A stretch of DNA of 64,000 nt from a virus, in IMG/VR virus record IMGVR_UViG_3300031950_000001, positions 1 to 64,000 of that record, one strand, 5' to 3'. The translations under genes were made by a program, and so were the position numbers. The notes beneath the pieces were generated by a model that searched no databases, was not told where the DNA came from, and saw nothing but the letters and a program-made list of their open reading frames with translations. This document shows positions 28,843-38,918 of the stretch, piece after piece. The stretch's first letter is position 1, and the number at the start of each line of letters is the position of its first letter.

Positions 28843-29691
28843 ATGGGTCTCGTATTTAACCCGAACAAATTTTCTTCTACAAAACGAGCAGCCGTACGAG
28901 ATTTCGTTGGACCTTTTTGGGAGGACTATAAGTATTATTTTGATAAAAAATACGGATGGCTTAATCCATTTCCGGCAATTCGCAGCTGGCTACAGCCTGA
29001 TATATCCACGATGCTTCGGGATCCTCAACAACGACAGGCCTTCCTAAACGCCGTATCAGAAATCGCACAGGATCCTCAGCAACGACGCGCCCTCCAAGAT
29101 ATGCTATCAAAAATCTTACCGGATGTTCAGCAACAACAGCAACAACAGCAACAACAATTCCTCAAACAACGGGTTGAACCGGAAGTAGGAAAAATACTCG
29201 GCGGTTATTTCACACTTCCCGCGTTGCTTGCTTTACTTTCGGCGATTTTTACTGATAAGCCTATCGTTCCGATTCTGCTAGGCTTGGCAGGACTTGGTAT
29301 AGCGCACTTCTTCCCCGAAGTTCGAGAGTACGTTAATGCCGCTAACTGGCTAGAGGCGTTGAAGGCGAAACAGGAAGGGACTGGAACCGAGCAGAAGCAG
29401 ACTACGCCCAAGGAGAAGCCGATTGCAGAGCCCCCGTCCGAGCAGAAGCAGACTACGCCCAAGGAGAAGCCGATTGCAGAGCCCCCGTCCGAGCAGCAGC
29501 CGCCTGAAGAGCCTCCGCCTGGGCCGAAACCGCTTGTAGAGCCTACGCCCCCGACCGAGCAGAAGCCGCCTGAAGAGCCTCCGCCTGGGCCGAAACCGCT
29601 TGTAGAGCCTACGCCCCCGACCGAGCAGAAGCCGCCTGAAGAGCCTCCACCCGGGCCGAAACCGCTTGTAGAGCCTACGCCCCCGACGTAG
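28843..29691 (+). CDS. Leader family L2 protein with a Pro/Glu-rich repeat tail
   Basis: MGLVFNPNKFSSTKRA|A; tandem repeats EQKQTTPKEKPIAEPPS x2 and PPEEPPPGPKPLVEPTPPT x3. Confidence 0.8.
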   Translation: MGLVFNPNKFSSTKRAAVRDFVGPFWEDYKYYFDKKYGWLNPFPAIRSWLQPDISTMLRDPQQRQAFLNAVSEIAQDPQQRRALQDMLSKILPDVQQQQQQQQQQFLKQRVEPEVGKILGGYFTLPALLALLSAIFTDKPIVPILLGLAGLGIAHFFPEVREYVNAANWLEALKAKQEGTGTEQKQTTPKEKPIAEPPSEQKQTTPKEKPIAEPPSEQQPPEEPPPGPKPLVEPTPPTEQKPPEEPPPGPKPLVEPTPPTEQKPPEEPPPGPKPLVEPTPPT

Positions 29692-29870
29692 CGGCCTGCC
29701 TGACGTGCACCCTGGGCGAATCCGCAAATGATGCCCTAGATCCAGGTCGCGGCCAAATGCAACAATCGAAAAAATGGCGATTTGTCCGTGACCGAAAATG
29801 GTCGCTGCAAATCCTGTTCTTTATGGTTTGAGGAATAAAGCGGCCATGGTTTCAAACCATTAGAGTCATC

Positions 29871-30097
29871 TGTGAGTAAGGCGCGTTCCGCCCATGTCTT
29901 TCGGCATGGGAGGAACGCTGTCTTGATCCTCTTGCAAACCATGATAAACAACGGAACGTGCAATATCGCGGCCAAGTGCCATGCTCAGGTAAGCGGTGCT
30001 AGTCTGAGCGGACAGCCCGTCAACCTGCCTATCGCGGAGAACCGTGTTCCACACGGCTCACCTACAAGCCTCCGGTTTTAGCCGCGGAGTAGTTGAC
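29871..30097 (+). mobile_element. IS200/IS605-type miniature element (internally deleted tnpB)
   Basis: Left-end hairpin cgttccgcccatg..catgggaggaacg; TnpB C-terminal-like CNIAAK..VNLPIA; right-end palindrome aagcctccggttttagccgcggagtagTTGAC. Confidence 0.7.
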
Positions 30098-30573
30098 ATC
30101 GTGCTTTTGTAGATGAATGTATAAGGTACGAATTCAGGTTAAATAACGACGAGGAAATGGAGGATTATGGCTCGACGCTGGCTCTTGCGCGAGGCAGTGA
30201 TCAGACACGGAACAGTATTATGTCTTGGATACAAAAAGAGCCAACGGTAGCTTCTAAGTTATGTATCAACTTTCGTCAGCTTTAGCGAAATATACTAGGG
30301 ATCGACCAATGACAGATTGTTTTCAGATGGATAAAGAAGAATATTACTGCAGCGAGACGGGCTGAGGCGTTACTTGGAAAACAAGCAGAATACAAAAGGT
30401 GACCAGAACATGGACACGAAGTAGCTAGAACGCGGCCGGATAGGCTGGTACGGCTCCAGCAGACGTCTTGATTCCAGAATCAAATTGTGTTTCAGGCGTT
30501 AATTATTCATAGTCAGGTGTTACAAAAAAAAGATTCGGTACTAATAACCTAAGCAGAACGAAAGGATCAATAA

Positions 30574-31725
30574 ATGGGTCTCGTATTTAACCCGAACAAG
30601 TTTTCGTCTACAAAACGAGCAGCCATACTAGGTTTGCCCTTTTGGGAGGACATTAAGTACTATTATGGCACCCCTCAAGGTCGGCGGGAAAGCTATAAAC
30701 CGATTACCAGCTGGCTACAGCCTGATATATCCACGATTCTTCAGGATCCTCAGCAACGACAGGCCATCCAAAATGCGCTATTAAACGCCCTACAGGATCC
30801 TAAACAACAACAAGTCGTCCAAGAAATGATATTAAAAGGCTTACAGGATCCTAAACAACAACAAGTCGTCCAAGACATGATATTAAAAGGCTTACAGGAT
30901 CCTAAACAACAACAAGTCGTCCAAGACATGATATTAAAAGGCTTACAGGATCCTCAGAAACGATACGTCCTCCAAGACATGGTATTAAGCGTCTTACAGG
31001 ATCCTGCGCAACGACGGGCCCTCCAAGGCATGCTGTTAAGAGGCTTACAGGAGCCTCAGCAACAACAAGCCCTCCAAACCATTATATTAAACATCTTACA
31101 GGATCCTCAGCAACAACAAGCCCTCCAAGACATGATATTAAAAGGCTTACAGGATCCTCAGCAACAACAAGTCATACAAGGCATGCTATTAGACATCTTA
31201 CAGGAGCCTAAGCAACGACTGTTCCTCCGAGACATGATATTAAACGCCTTACAGGATCCTAAACAACAACAAGTCGTCCAAGAAATGATATTAAAAGGCT
31301 TACAGGATCCTCAGTACCAACAAGTCGTCCAAGAAATGATATTAAAAGGCTTACAGGATCCTCAGCAACAACAAGCCCTCCAAACCATTATATTAAACAT
31401 CTTACAGGATCCTAAACAACAACAAGTCGTCCAAGACATGATATTAAAAACCATACAGGATCCTAAGCAACGAGAGGCCCTTCGACAACAGTTTAAACAG
31501 GAAACAGGAAGAATACTCGGCGGTTATTTCACACTTCCCGCGTTGCTTGCTTTACTTTCGTCGATTTTTACTGATAAGCCTATCGTTCCGATTCTGCTAG
31601 GCTTGGCGGGACTTGGTATAGCACACTTCTTCCCCGAAGTTCGAGAGAACGTTAATATCGCTAAGTGGCTATCGGCGTTGGAGAAACAGGAAGGGTCTGA
31701 GGCCGGGGAAGGGACGCCTACATAG
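30574..31725 (+). CDS. Leader family L2 protein with about 15 x 17-aa Gln-rich repeats
   Basis: Same leader as 28843; (QDPKQQQVVQDMILKGL)n with 51-bp periodicity; same hydrophobic C-terminus. Confidence 0.85.
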   Translation: MGLVFNPNKFSSTKRAAILGLPFWEDIKYYYGTPQGRRESYKPITSWLQPDISTILQDPQQRQAIQNALLNALQDPKQQQVVQEMILKGLQDPKQQQVVQDMILKGLQDPKQQQVVQDMILKGLQDPQKRYVLQDMVLSVLQDPAQRRALQGMLLRGLQEPQQQQALQTIILNILQDPQQQQALQDMILKGLQDPQQQQVIQGMLLDILQEPKQRLFLRDMILNALQDPKQQQVVQEMILKGLQDPQYQQVVQEMILKGLQDPQQQQALQTIILNILQDPKQQQVVQDMILKTIQDPKQREALRQQFKQETGRILGGYFTLPALLALLSSIFTDKPIVPILLGLAGLGIAHFFPEVRENVNIAKWLSALEKQEGSEAGEGTPT

Positions 31726-31896
31726 CATGCGCCCGGGACGAAGTCGCCGGAGGAGCCACTAGGTCCAGGTGGCGGTCCAATGCACTAATCGAAAAAAACG
31801 GCGATTTGTCTGTGATCAAAAAATCGATCACCGCAAATCCTGTTCTTTATAGCGTGAGGAATAAAGCGGCCATAGTTTCAAACCATTGTAGTCATC

Positions 31897-32304
31897 CCAC
31901 CAGAACACAAGCATCCGCAAGGTCGGTCGGGATAGACGCGGACGAAGACTTTAGCCGTTCTCTCCGATGGCAAGCGGTACGAGAACCAAGTGCTGCTATG
32001 CTCAAGACTGAGAAAGTTGAAGCGTTTGAACCGTGAGTTATCCCGCCGACAAGAGAGTAGAGGAAGAAGTTGGCGACGCTACATCGTCGGATATTTGAAT
32101 ACCGCTAGAAGCATTGAGCGGGAAGCATTACGTTTAATCGACAGATGCCGGAGTGGGTTCACGGACTCTCTAAACGGGCGTGGACGGGAAGGCTCTGGCT
32201 ATCGGGAAACCGATAGTGAAACCGGCCCGAATAAAGCGCCAAAATTGGCCGAAGAAAGGCGGCCTTCCAGACCTGCCGTTGTTTAGGCAGGTTTGGTAAA
32301 CCAG
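31897..32304 (+). mobile_element. Degenerate tnpB remnant with the same right end as the 451-bp element
   Basis: SVGID / LAVLSDGKRYENQ / RLRKLKRLNRELSRRQ / NTARSIEREAL fragments; ends ggcaggtttggtaaaccag. Confidence 0.75.
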
Positions 32305-32311
32305 GTGTAAC

Positions 32312-32572
32312 ATGCTGATCGCAGACTTTCGTACCGGTAAAATGACCAAACTGGCCATTGATTGGAAGGGTCTTTTCTCTGTTCTAATGTCGGGCGCGGT
32401 AGGTGGAATTGGCGGACTCGGCGCTGGCGGTCTTATTGACCTACTCCGTGGAGACGGAACGCAGGACTATACCAAAACGCTCGGACTAATCGGTCTGATT
32501 AGCGGTCTTGGTTATGGCGGCGCCAGAAAGCTGCTTGAGTATTTATTTAGTGATCATAAGGAGGAAAAATAA
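32312..32572 (+). CDS. Leader family L1 protein (leader plus Gly-zipper hairpin only)
   Basis: MLIADFRTGKMTKLA|IDW. Confidence 0.8.
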   Translation: MLIADFRTGKMTKLAIDWKGLFSVLMSGAVGGIGGLGAGGLIDLLRGDGTQDYTKTLGLIGLISGLGYGGARKLLEYLFSDHKEEK

Positions 32573-32575
32573 GGG

Positions 32576-32830
32576 GTGTTGATATTCGACTTTCGTACCG
32601 GCAAAATGACTAAGAGGGCGTTCGACTTTGTCGATTTCGTCGATATTGTCGTGCCTGCGTTGAAAGGAGGCATATATGGGCTTATTGGACTAGTGCTTGG
32701 CGATATTATCGATCAGCACATTGGTACCAGAAATCGATGGGCCACGATTCTTGGTCTTACGGGCTTGATCGCAGGTTTGGGCATTGGAGGGTACAGCCGC
32801 TACTTAGCTCGGCGACACTTAGAGCAATGA
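32576..32830 (+). CDS. Leader family L1 protein (leader plus Gly-zipper hairpin only)
   Basis: MLIFDFRTGKMTKRA|FDF. Confidence 0.8.
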   Translation: MLIFDFRTGKMTKRAFDFVDFVDIVVPALKGGIYGLIGLVLGDIIDQHIGTRNRWATILGLTGLIAGLGIGGYSRYLARRHLEQ

Positions 32831-32910
32831 CGTTCAGACTGGACGGTAGTGCTTAGCTGTGAAGAGCGTAGGTTACTAGATGGCTAAGCTCTTTCCGAGA
32901 TTCGAAAAAA

Positions 32911-34242
32911 ATGTTAATACTCGACTTTCGTACTGGCAAAATGACTAAAATAGCGCTAGACTTTAGCGACGCAGCTTCCGCACTGATATCGGCCGGATTA
33001 CTCGGTCTCGGCGGGGCCGGCCTTGGCTATCTCATTGACATGCGAGCCGGGACCGGAAAGCGATGGACTAAGATTCTTGGCTTGTTAGGCCTGCTGGGCG
33101 GGCTTGGGCTCGGTGCGTACGGCCGATATTTGTATAAAACGGACCAAACATCTCCCAATCAGGACGGTATGGCGGCTAGTCCTCTAGCGGTATCTGGCAG
33201 CACGTCCGATACAGCGCCCGAAGAACAGGCTCGCCGCTTGCCAGCCGACGGTTCGCCACTATCAATCGCACCTACCTCTGACAAGGTACAATCTGACGCC
33301 CCATCGGCTAAAACGCGGCCGACACGCCCGTCTAGCGGCTCATCCGACGCGCCACGAACTTCTTCAGGATCGTCGCGTAGTCCGTCCAACCAGCAACAGC
33401 CCTCTGTTTCTATAAGCTCGTCTGCCGGTTCAGCTGGCACGAAACTGCCTCCTAGCCCGCCAGCTGTACAGCATCCTCAAGGGCTGCATAGCGAGTCATC
33501 CAATAGAGCACAATCTCCGTCAGCGTCGTCTGGTCAGGCATCCGGCACGCCACAAACTTCTTCAAAATCAGCGCCCGGTTCATCTGGTACGGCACAATCT
33601 TCGTTAGGGTCATCCGGTCGCCCATCTGCTGCGCCGCCAACTTCTCCAGGATCATCGAGTGGTCCGTCCGACCAGAAACAGACTTCCGGTTCTACAGGAT
33701 CGTCTGCCGGGTCATCTGGTACGAAACCGTCCTCTACAGGGATCAGGCTTTCCGATGACCTCGCACAGAGGTTAGTAGAAAGAGTAAAGACGTTCCTTAA
33801 AGATACGCGGGGATCGCCTGACGATACGGATAGATATAAGGATCTTGATCAAGCACCTAACGAGATGTGCGTTCGACTTGTGCACACGGGAGTCCAAGGC
33901 GGTCAGGGCGTCTATCAGCCGGATGCCCGAGCCTATCGGGCAGCCGCAGAATTTGCTCGCGGCGACGAACAAAAACAGAGAGCAATTCGTCTCGCGAAGC
34001 GTTTCAGTGCACGGATCCATCTGCTTTTATTGCTCCAGCCCAAGCTTGCGCCTGATATGGCACAAGACATAACTCAGCGTATTAACGATGCTCTAACGGT
34101 GTTGCTAACGTTAAAGCCCGACGCATCAAACGCAGACGAGATCGATAAGTATTTTGCAGACAGGCTGCGCGGTTTGTTTAGTAATGATATTATTAATAAG
34201 GCGCTAACCGATCCCTTTTCGATTTCGCCTGAACCACGTTAA
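32911..34242 (+). CDS. Leader family L1 protein with Ser-rich linker and C-terminal domain
   Basis: MLILDFRTGKMTKIA|LDF. Confidence 0.85.
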   Translation: MLILDFRTGKMTKIALDFSDAASALISAGLLGLGGAGLGYLIDMRAGTGKRWTKILGLLGLLGGLGLGAYGRYLYKTDQTSPNQDGMAASPLAVSGSTSDTAPEEQARRLPADGSPLSIAPTSDKVQSDAPSAKTRPTRPSSGSSDAPRTSSGSSRSPSNQQQPSVSISSSAGSAGTKLPPSPPAVQHPQGLHSESSNRAQSPSASSGQASGTPQTSSKSAPGSSGTAQSSLGSSGRPSAAPPTSPGSSSGPSDQKQTSGSTGSSAGSSGTKPSSTGIRLSDDLAQRLVERVKTFLKDTRGSPDDTDRYKDLDQAPNEMCVRLVHTGVQGGQGVYQPDARAYRAAAEFARGDEQKQRAIRLAKRFSARIHLLLLLQPKLAPDMAQDITQRINDALTVLLTLKPDASNADEIDKYFADRLRGLFSNDIINKALTDPFSISPEPR

Positions 34243-34457
34243 ACGAAGTCGAAAGCTGTTTTCAAATTTTATCTTCGTCAGTCCCTGATAGCACTGTACG
34301 GTCCAGAACGAAACTTACCGAACGAAGAAGCGGCTGAAAGGGAATTTCAACCAGTGATAGAGTTGTTTAAGCAGACTAACATCGGAGAGATTCAGAGGGC
34401 GCTAGAAAATCCATTTTCCCTTTTAACTGAATCACCCTAGAAAAGGGGGTAATTATC

Positions 34458-35285
34458 ATGCGAATCCTTGACTTTCGCGCTGGCAAAATGACGAAACGGG
34501 GGTTAGACCTTGGTGATGTTGGTGATGTTCTTTCCGTGGTAGGACCGGGAGCATTGTTTGGTATCGGTGGTGCAGGGCTTGGTAGTATCATTGATATGCT
34601 AGCCGGCACTAAACGTCGATGGACCACGATTCTTGGCCTGACAGGATTGGCTGGAGGCGTTGGGCTTGGAAGTACAGGTCTATTTAAGTCCTGGTTCGCA
34701 GCAGAACGAGGGCCTGAGTTCCCCAAGAAACTAAGTGACATCCCAGCTTATGCTAAGATCTTCCGCTATATCGTATTTATGCGAGCAGATCCGAGTGCAT
34801 TCAAAGGCTCTGATCATCCTATATTTCGACGCCTCCCTGAGATGGATGGAGAGCAGCTGTATTGCCATCTTACGCAGCTGGGGATTGCTCCGAACACGCT
34901 TCCGGGGTATAGAGCGAATCCGTATGTCCATAACGTGGCGGCAAACCTAGTTTCTCCTACCGACCCGCGACAGTTTGCAATTCTACATGCGGCGCATTTC
35001 AACCTGGAAGTTGTGCCGTTACAACTGTGCTGGAACGAGCTTGATGCAAACCAGCGCAACCGACTATTTTCGTCTCTCGGTGCGTATAGGGAGAAATTGG
35101 CTTTAAACGCCAACGACCCTACAATCAGCAAGGAAGCCGATAACGAGTTTAATAAACTAGTAAAGCAACTTATAGAGTACGGGAAAAAAGAGCATGCAGA
35201 TGCACTACGAATATTGCACCAGCAGCATCAAATGGACGTCCAAGAATTTGCTCAACAAATTCAGCAAGTTAAGCAACGACCGTAA
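34458..35285 (+). CDS. Leader family L1 protein with variable C-terminal domain
   Basis: MRILDFRAGKMTKRG|LDL. Confidence 0.85.
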   Translation: MRILDFRAGKMTKRGLDLGDVGDVLSVVGPGALFGIGGAGLGSIIDMLAGTKRRWTTILGLTGLAGGVGLGSTGLFKSWFAAERGPEFPKKLSDIPAYAKIFRYIVFMRADPSAFKGSDHPIFRRLPEMDGEQLYCHLTQLGIAPNTLPGYRANPYVHNVAANLVSPTDPRQFAILHAAHFNLEVVPLQLCWNELDANQRNRLFSSLGAYREKLALNANDPTISKEADNEFNKLVKQLIEYGKKEHADALRILHQQHQMDVQEFAQQIQQVKQRP

Positions 35286-35510
35286 TGACATTAAAGAACC
35301 CTGATTCATTATCACGATTTCTTTTATCTTCGTCGGTTCCTGATAGCATTGTACGATCCAGAGCGAAATTCACTGAACGAAACAGCGGCCGAGAAGGAAT
35401 TTCAACCAGTGATAGAGTTGTTTAAGCAGGCTAACATAAGAGAGATTCAGAAGGCGCTAGAAAATCCGCTTTCCCTTTTAACTGAATCACCCTAGAAAAG
35501 GGTAATTATC

Positions 35511-36293
35511 ATGCGAATCCTTGACTTTCGTACCGGCAAAATGACGAAACTGGCGTTAGACTTTGGTTATATTCCTGCTATGGCTATACCGGGAGTATTG
35601 TATGGTATCGGTGGTGCAGGGCTAGGTAGTCTCATTGATAGGCTAGCCGGCACTAAACGTCGATGGACCACGATTCTTGGTCTGCTAGGATTGGCCGGAG
35701 GTGCTGGGGCTGGAGGGTTGCTCCGATATCTGGATGAGCGCTCCAATACTCCTGAAGCGCAGATGCGTCGGTTCCTAACGAATGCAACGGCGCCGCCGTC
35801 TGATCAGTTTGTGCAACAGATGAGCGAGACCTTCCCATATATAGTTGAGACTTTCCGAAAGGCCGCTACCGAAAAGAAACCGAGCGATCTGATTCGTGGT
35901 CTTATCTGGCCATTATACGAGGAAGGCGGAATTTGGCTTTATAACCCGAGTGCCAGCGAGTTCCAACTTATCCTCTATTTCGCTTCTAAAACGCGAAACC
36001 ATGAGATGATACTACCTGCAATTGATCTTGCAACGGATATAGCTGCGCAAGGTCGGTTGCTTTCGCGGTATCAGGAATGGATTCCGGAGAATTTACGGCC
36101 AGAGATAGAGAACCACTTTAGGAACTATGTGAATGCGACTATCGACTATGTCGAAGGTAAGACGCCGGATCCGAACGCGCCTAAATTATATCTTGACAAG
36201 TTGGTGAAACTACTCAAGGATACAAATAAAAAAGAGCTTATAGAAATTGCGGATCTGATCAGACAACCACGTAAGGTTCTACAACAACAGTAA
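35511..36293 (+). CDS. Leader family L1 protein with variable C-terminal domain
   Basis: MRILDFRTGKMTKLA|LDF; shares GRLLSRYQ..IPE.LRPEIE.HF with 37155. Confidence 0.85.
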   Translation: MRILDFRTGKMTKLALDFGYIPAMAIPGVLYGIGGAGLGSLIDRLAGTKRRWTTILGLLGLAGGAGAGGLLRYLDERSNTPEAQMRRFLTNATAPPSDQFVQQMSETFPYIVETFRKAATEKKPSDLIRGLIWPLYEEGGIWLYNPSASEFQLILYFASKTRNHEMILPAIDLATDIAAQGRLLSRYQEWIPENLRPEIENHFRNYVNATIDYVEGKTPDPNAPKLYLDKLVKLLKDTNKKELIEIADLIRQPRKVLQQQ

Positions 36294-36472
36294 ACAAGAA
36301 CGGGAATACTGATAACGATCAAAATTTTGATTCCGGAATCAAATTTCGATGATGGTTCCGGAATACGCCAATGGTGCGGGCTGATATAGCCCGTTTTTCG
36401 TGGTCTTGGCCGTGAGAGTATTAGGTCAACCTGATTAAGTTATTCATCTCGGCGCCAAATGCGCACAAATTC

Positions 36473-36689
36473 ATGTTAATACTCGATTTTCGTACCGGCC
36501 GATATAACAGAATTCAGCCCGAAGGCTACGATCCAGATCCCGTAGACTACCAAGCTGCTAGCCAAGCTGCTATAATAAAATCTGTACCGTCCAAACCGAC
36601 GAAGTGATAGAGTTGTTTAAGCAGGCTAACGTCGGAGAGATTCAAAGGGCTATAGAAATCCGTTTTCCCTTTTAACTGAATCACCCTAG
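36473..36689 (+). pseudogene. Collapsed L1 family pseudogene
   Basis: Begins MLILDFRTG, then fragments GYDPDPVDYQAA and VIELFKQAN. Upstream ~200 bp duplicates 37930-38132. Confidence 0.7.
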
Positions 36690-36693
36690 AAAG

Positions 36694-37144
36694 GAGGTTA
36701 AAGCTGTTTTCAAATAACTAACTATACCGCTACAAACATACCAATAACACTTGACAAGAGACAAAGATGCGATATACTAATTGGTAAGGATTACCTGCTG
36801 GTCGACAGTGAAATAATCGAGGTTGACCGTCGTTCGGTATAGACACGGGCGTCAAGGCGTTAGCCGTTCTCTCAGATGGAAAGCGGTACGAGAACCAAGT
36901 ACTGCTACGCTCAAGACTGAGAAGTTGTCGACGCTACATCGACGGATATTTGAACGCCGCTCGGAACATTGAGCGGGAAGCGTTACGTTTGATCAACAGA
37001 GGCCGGAGTGGGTTCACGGACTCTCTAAACGGACGTGGACAGGACGTAAGACCCTTCGGGGCAGTCCTGGATGAAACGTCAAAATTGGCTGAAGAAAGGC
37101 AGCCTTCCATTCCTGCCGTGGTTTAGGCAGGTTTGGTAAACCAG
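36694..37144 (+). mobile_element. Non-autonomous TnpB-derived miniature element, copy 2
   Basis: Matches 1616-2066. Inserted within a G-run of a site whose empty paralog is ccctagaaaag|ggtaattatcATG at ~35490-35513. Confidence 0.85.
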
Positions 37145-37154
37145 GGTAACTATC

Positions 37155-37922
37155 ATGTTAATCCTTGACTTTCGCACCGGCAAAATGACGAAACTGGCGT
37201 TAGACTTTGGTGATGTTGCGTCCGTGGCGATACCGGGGGCGTTGTTGGGTCTCGGTGGTGTGGGGCTCGGTAGTCTAATTGATATGCTAGCCGGCACTAA
37301 ACGTCGATGGACCACGATTCTTGGTCTGACAGGACTGGCCGGAGGTGCGGGGCTTGGAGGATTGGGTCGATATCTGTATAAGCGCGATCCTACATATCAG
37401 ACGTTTGTGTTCCTAGATAAGGCATTCACGCCGGCGACTGAGTCGGATGTGCAGAAGAAGTTCGGTAACAACCCAGACGCGATTGCGGCGCACCAAACCC
37501 GAATCAATAACATGACGCCGACCGAACTGATTAATAGTCTTATCGAACCAATGTACAAGGACTTTTGGGGGTATGACCCGGATGTTCTCGATTTCCAAGT
37601 TGCCCGCTATCTCGTTTCTAAACAGGCCGATAACGCGAAATTAACCGCACTTAATATCGCCGTGGATATAGCGGTACGAGGTCGGTTGCTTTCGCGGTAT
37701 CAGAAACGGATTCCGGAGGATTTACGGCCAGAAATAGAGAAACACTTTATGAACTATGCGCGCGAAATGACCAATCAGTTCGCAAGTGCGAATCCAAATT
37801 GGGAAGTGCCTAAATCGCATCTTCAGACGTTGGTAGGGTTACTCGTGGCGACGAATCAAGAAGAGGTCGAAAAACTTGCGAAGCTAGTCGCAAATCCATA
37901 TAGCGTTCGGGATCAATCATAA
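37155..37922 (+). CDS. Leader family L1 protein with variable C-terminal domain
   Basis: MLILDFRTGKMTKLA|LDF. Confidence 0.85.
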   Translation: MLILDFRTGKMTKLALDFGDVASVAIPGALLGLGGVGLGSLIDMLAGTKRRWTTILGLTGLAGGAGLGGLGRYLYKRDPTYQTFVFLDKAFTPATESDVQKKFGNNPDAIAAHQTRINNMTPTELINSLIEPMYKDFWGYDPDVLDFQVARYLVSKQADNAKLTALNIAVDIAVRGRLLSRYQKRIPEDLRPEIEKHFMNYAREMTNQFASANPNWEVPKSHLQTLVGLLVATNQEEVEKLAKLVANPYSVRDQS

Positions 37923-38105
37923 AAAAACGAACGGGAATATTGATCGGTATCAAAAAATTTTGATTCCGGAATCAAATTTCGATGATGGTTCCGGAATACG
38001 CCAATGGTGCAGACCGATATAGCCCGTTTTTCGTGGTCTTGGCCGTGAGAGTATTAGGTCAACCTGATTAAGTTATTCATCTCGGCGCCAAATGCGCACA
38101 AATTC

Positions 38106-38918
38106 ATGTTAATACTCGATTTTCGTACCGGCCGAATGACCAAGTTTGCTTTGGAATGGCGCGGGCCGCTTGTTGATTGGCAAGGACTGGCTCGTGACTG
38201 GGGGTTGATCGGGCTACTGACCCTTGGCGGACTCGGCGTCGGCAGTCTTGTTGATTGGCTTCGCGATCGAAAGCTCTTTAGTGACGTCTCAAAACGAATT
38301 TTGTTGCTAAGCTTAGCGGTGGGATCGGTCGCTACGCTCGGCCGTTTTATGAATCAAAATATTTGGCTATATTTGCGGAAACGGAAACCGCTGGAAGGCC
38401 AAGGAAAAGAAATCGCGGACAAACATATCGAATTTGCCGCAAAATTACTAGAATTGCATAAAAGCGCGGCGAACGGATCAGCACAGATCAAGGACCCAGG
38501 ATTGCCAGTTGATATGACATTGAGTGAGATCGTCCGCGCAGGCAAGACGGGTGATCATCGATTCCTCGACGCGATTCAGAAGGTTTTGCAAAGTACGCGT
38601 TATAACCTGGATCAGGATTATAAAAACGCCGTCGATGATCTACTAAACTCCGTCGCGTTCTGGCATCTAATGCAAGCCATGCTTTCGAAAGTGCCGCCAA
38701 ACCACCCGATACGACAGACAATCAACCAGAAAATGGATCGCTGTATGCTTGATCCGCGCGTCGCGCGACAAGCGGAAGTTGAATCGATGAAGGCCGATCT
38801 TAGCGCCTTACAAATTCCCAATGCGCACGCTACAGTAGAGACGTTATTCTCGAATCCAGATGCGTTTATACAATCATGGCCGCAAATGTCGGCTAAACTC
38901 TTTGAACAGACAAAATAG
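38106..38918 (+). CDS. Leader family L1 protein with variable C-terminal domain
   Basis: MLILDFRTGRMTKFA|LEW. Confidence 0.85.
   Translation: MLILDFRTGRMTKFALEWRGPLVDWQGLARDWGLIGLLTLGGLGVGSLVDWLRDRKLFSDVSKRILLLSLAVGSVATLGRFMNQNIWLYLRKRKPLEGQGKEIADKHIEFAAKLLELHKSAANGSAQIKDPGLPVDMTLSEIVRAGKTGDHRFLDAIQKVLQSTRYNLDQDYKNAVDDLLNSVAFWHLMQAMLSKVPPNHPIRQTINQKMDRCMLDPRVARQAEVESMKADLSALQIPNAHATVETLFSNPDAFIQSWPQMSAKLFEQTK

Noticed and set aside
29871-30097. IscB/HEARO element on the minus strand
   Set aside because: GTCAACTAC.. on the minus strand resembles IscB element ends, but there is no IscB ORF and the plus strand has a TnpB-like C-terminal remnant.
30100-30460. Coding-like fragments after the IS remnant
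   Set aside because: The frames are broken and no family is recognisable, so a call cannot be supported.
32312-38918. L1 family as RiPP/bacteriocin precursors or Sec/Tat/pilin substrates
   Set aside because: There is no double-Gly leader, adjacent modification enzyme, peptidase-ABC transporter or immunity-like gene, and the K-x-A end is shared with capsid-module proteins. Not fully excluded.
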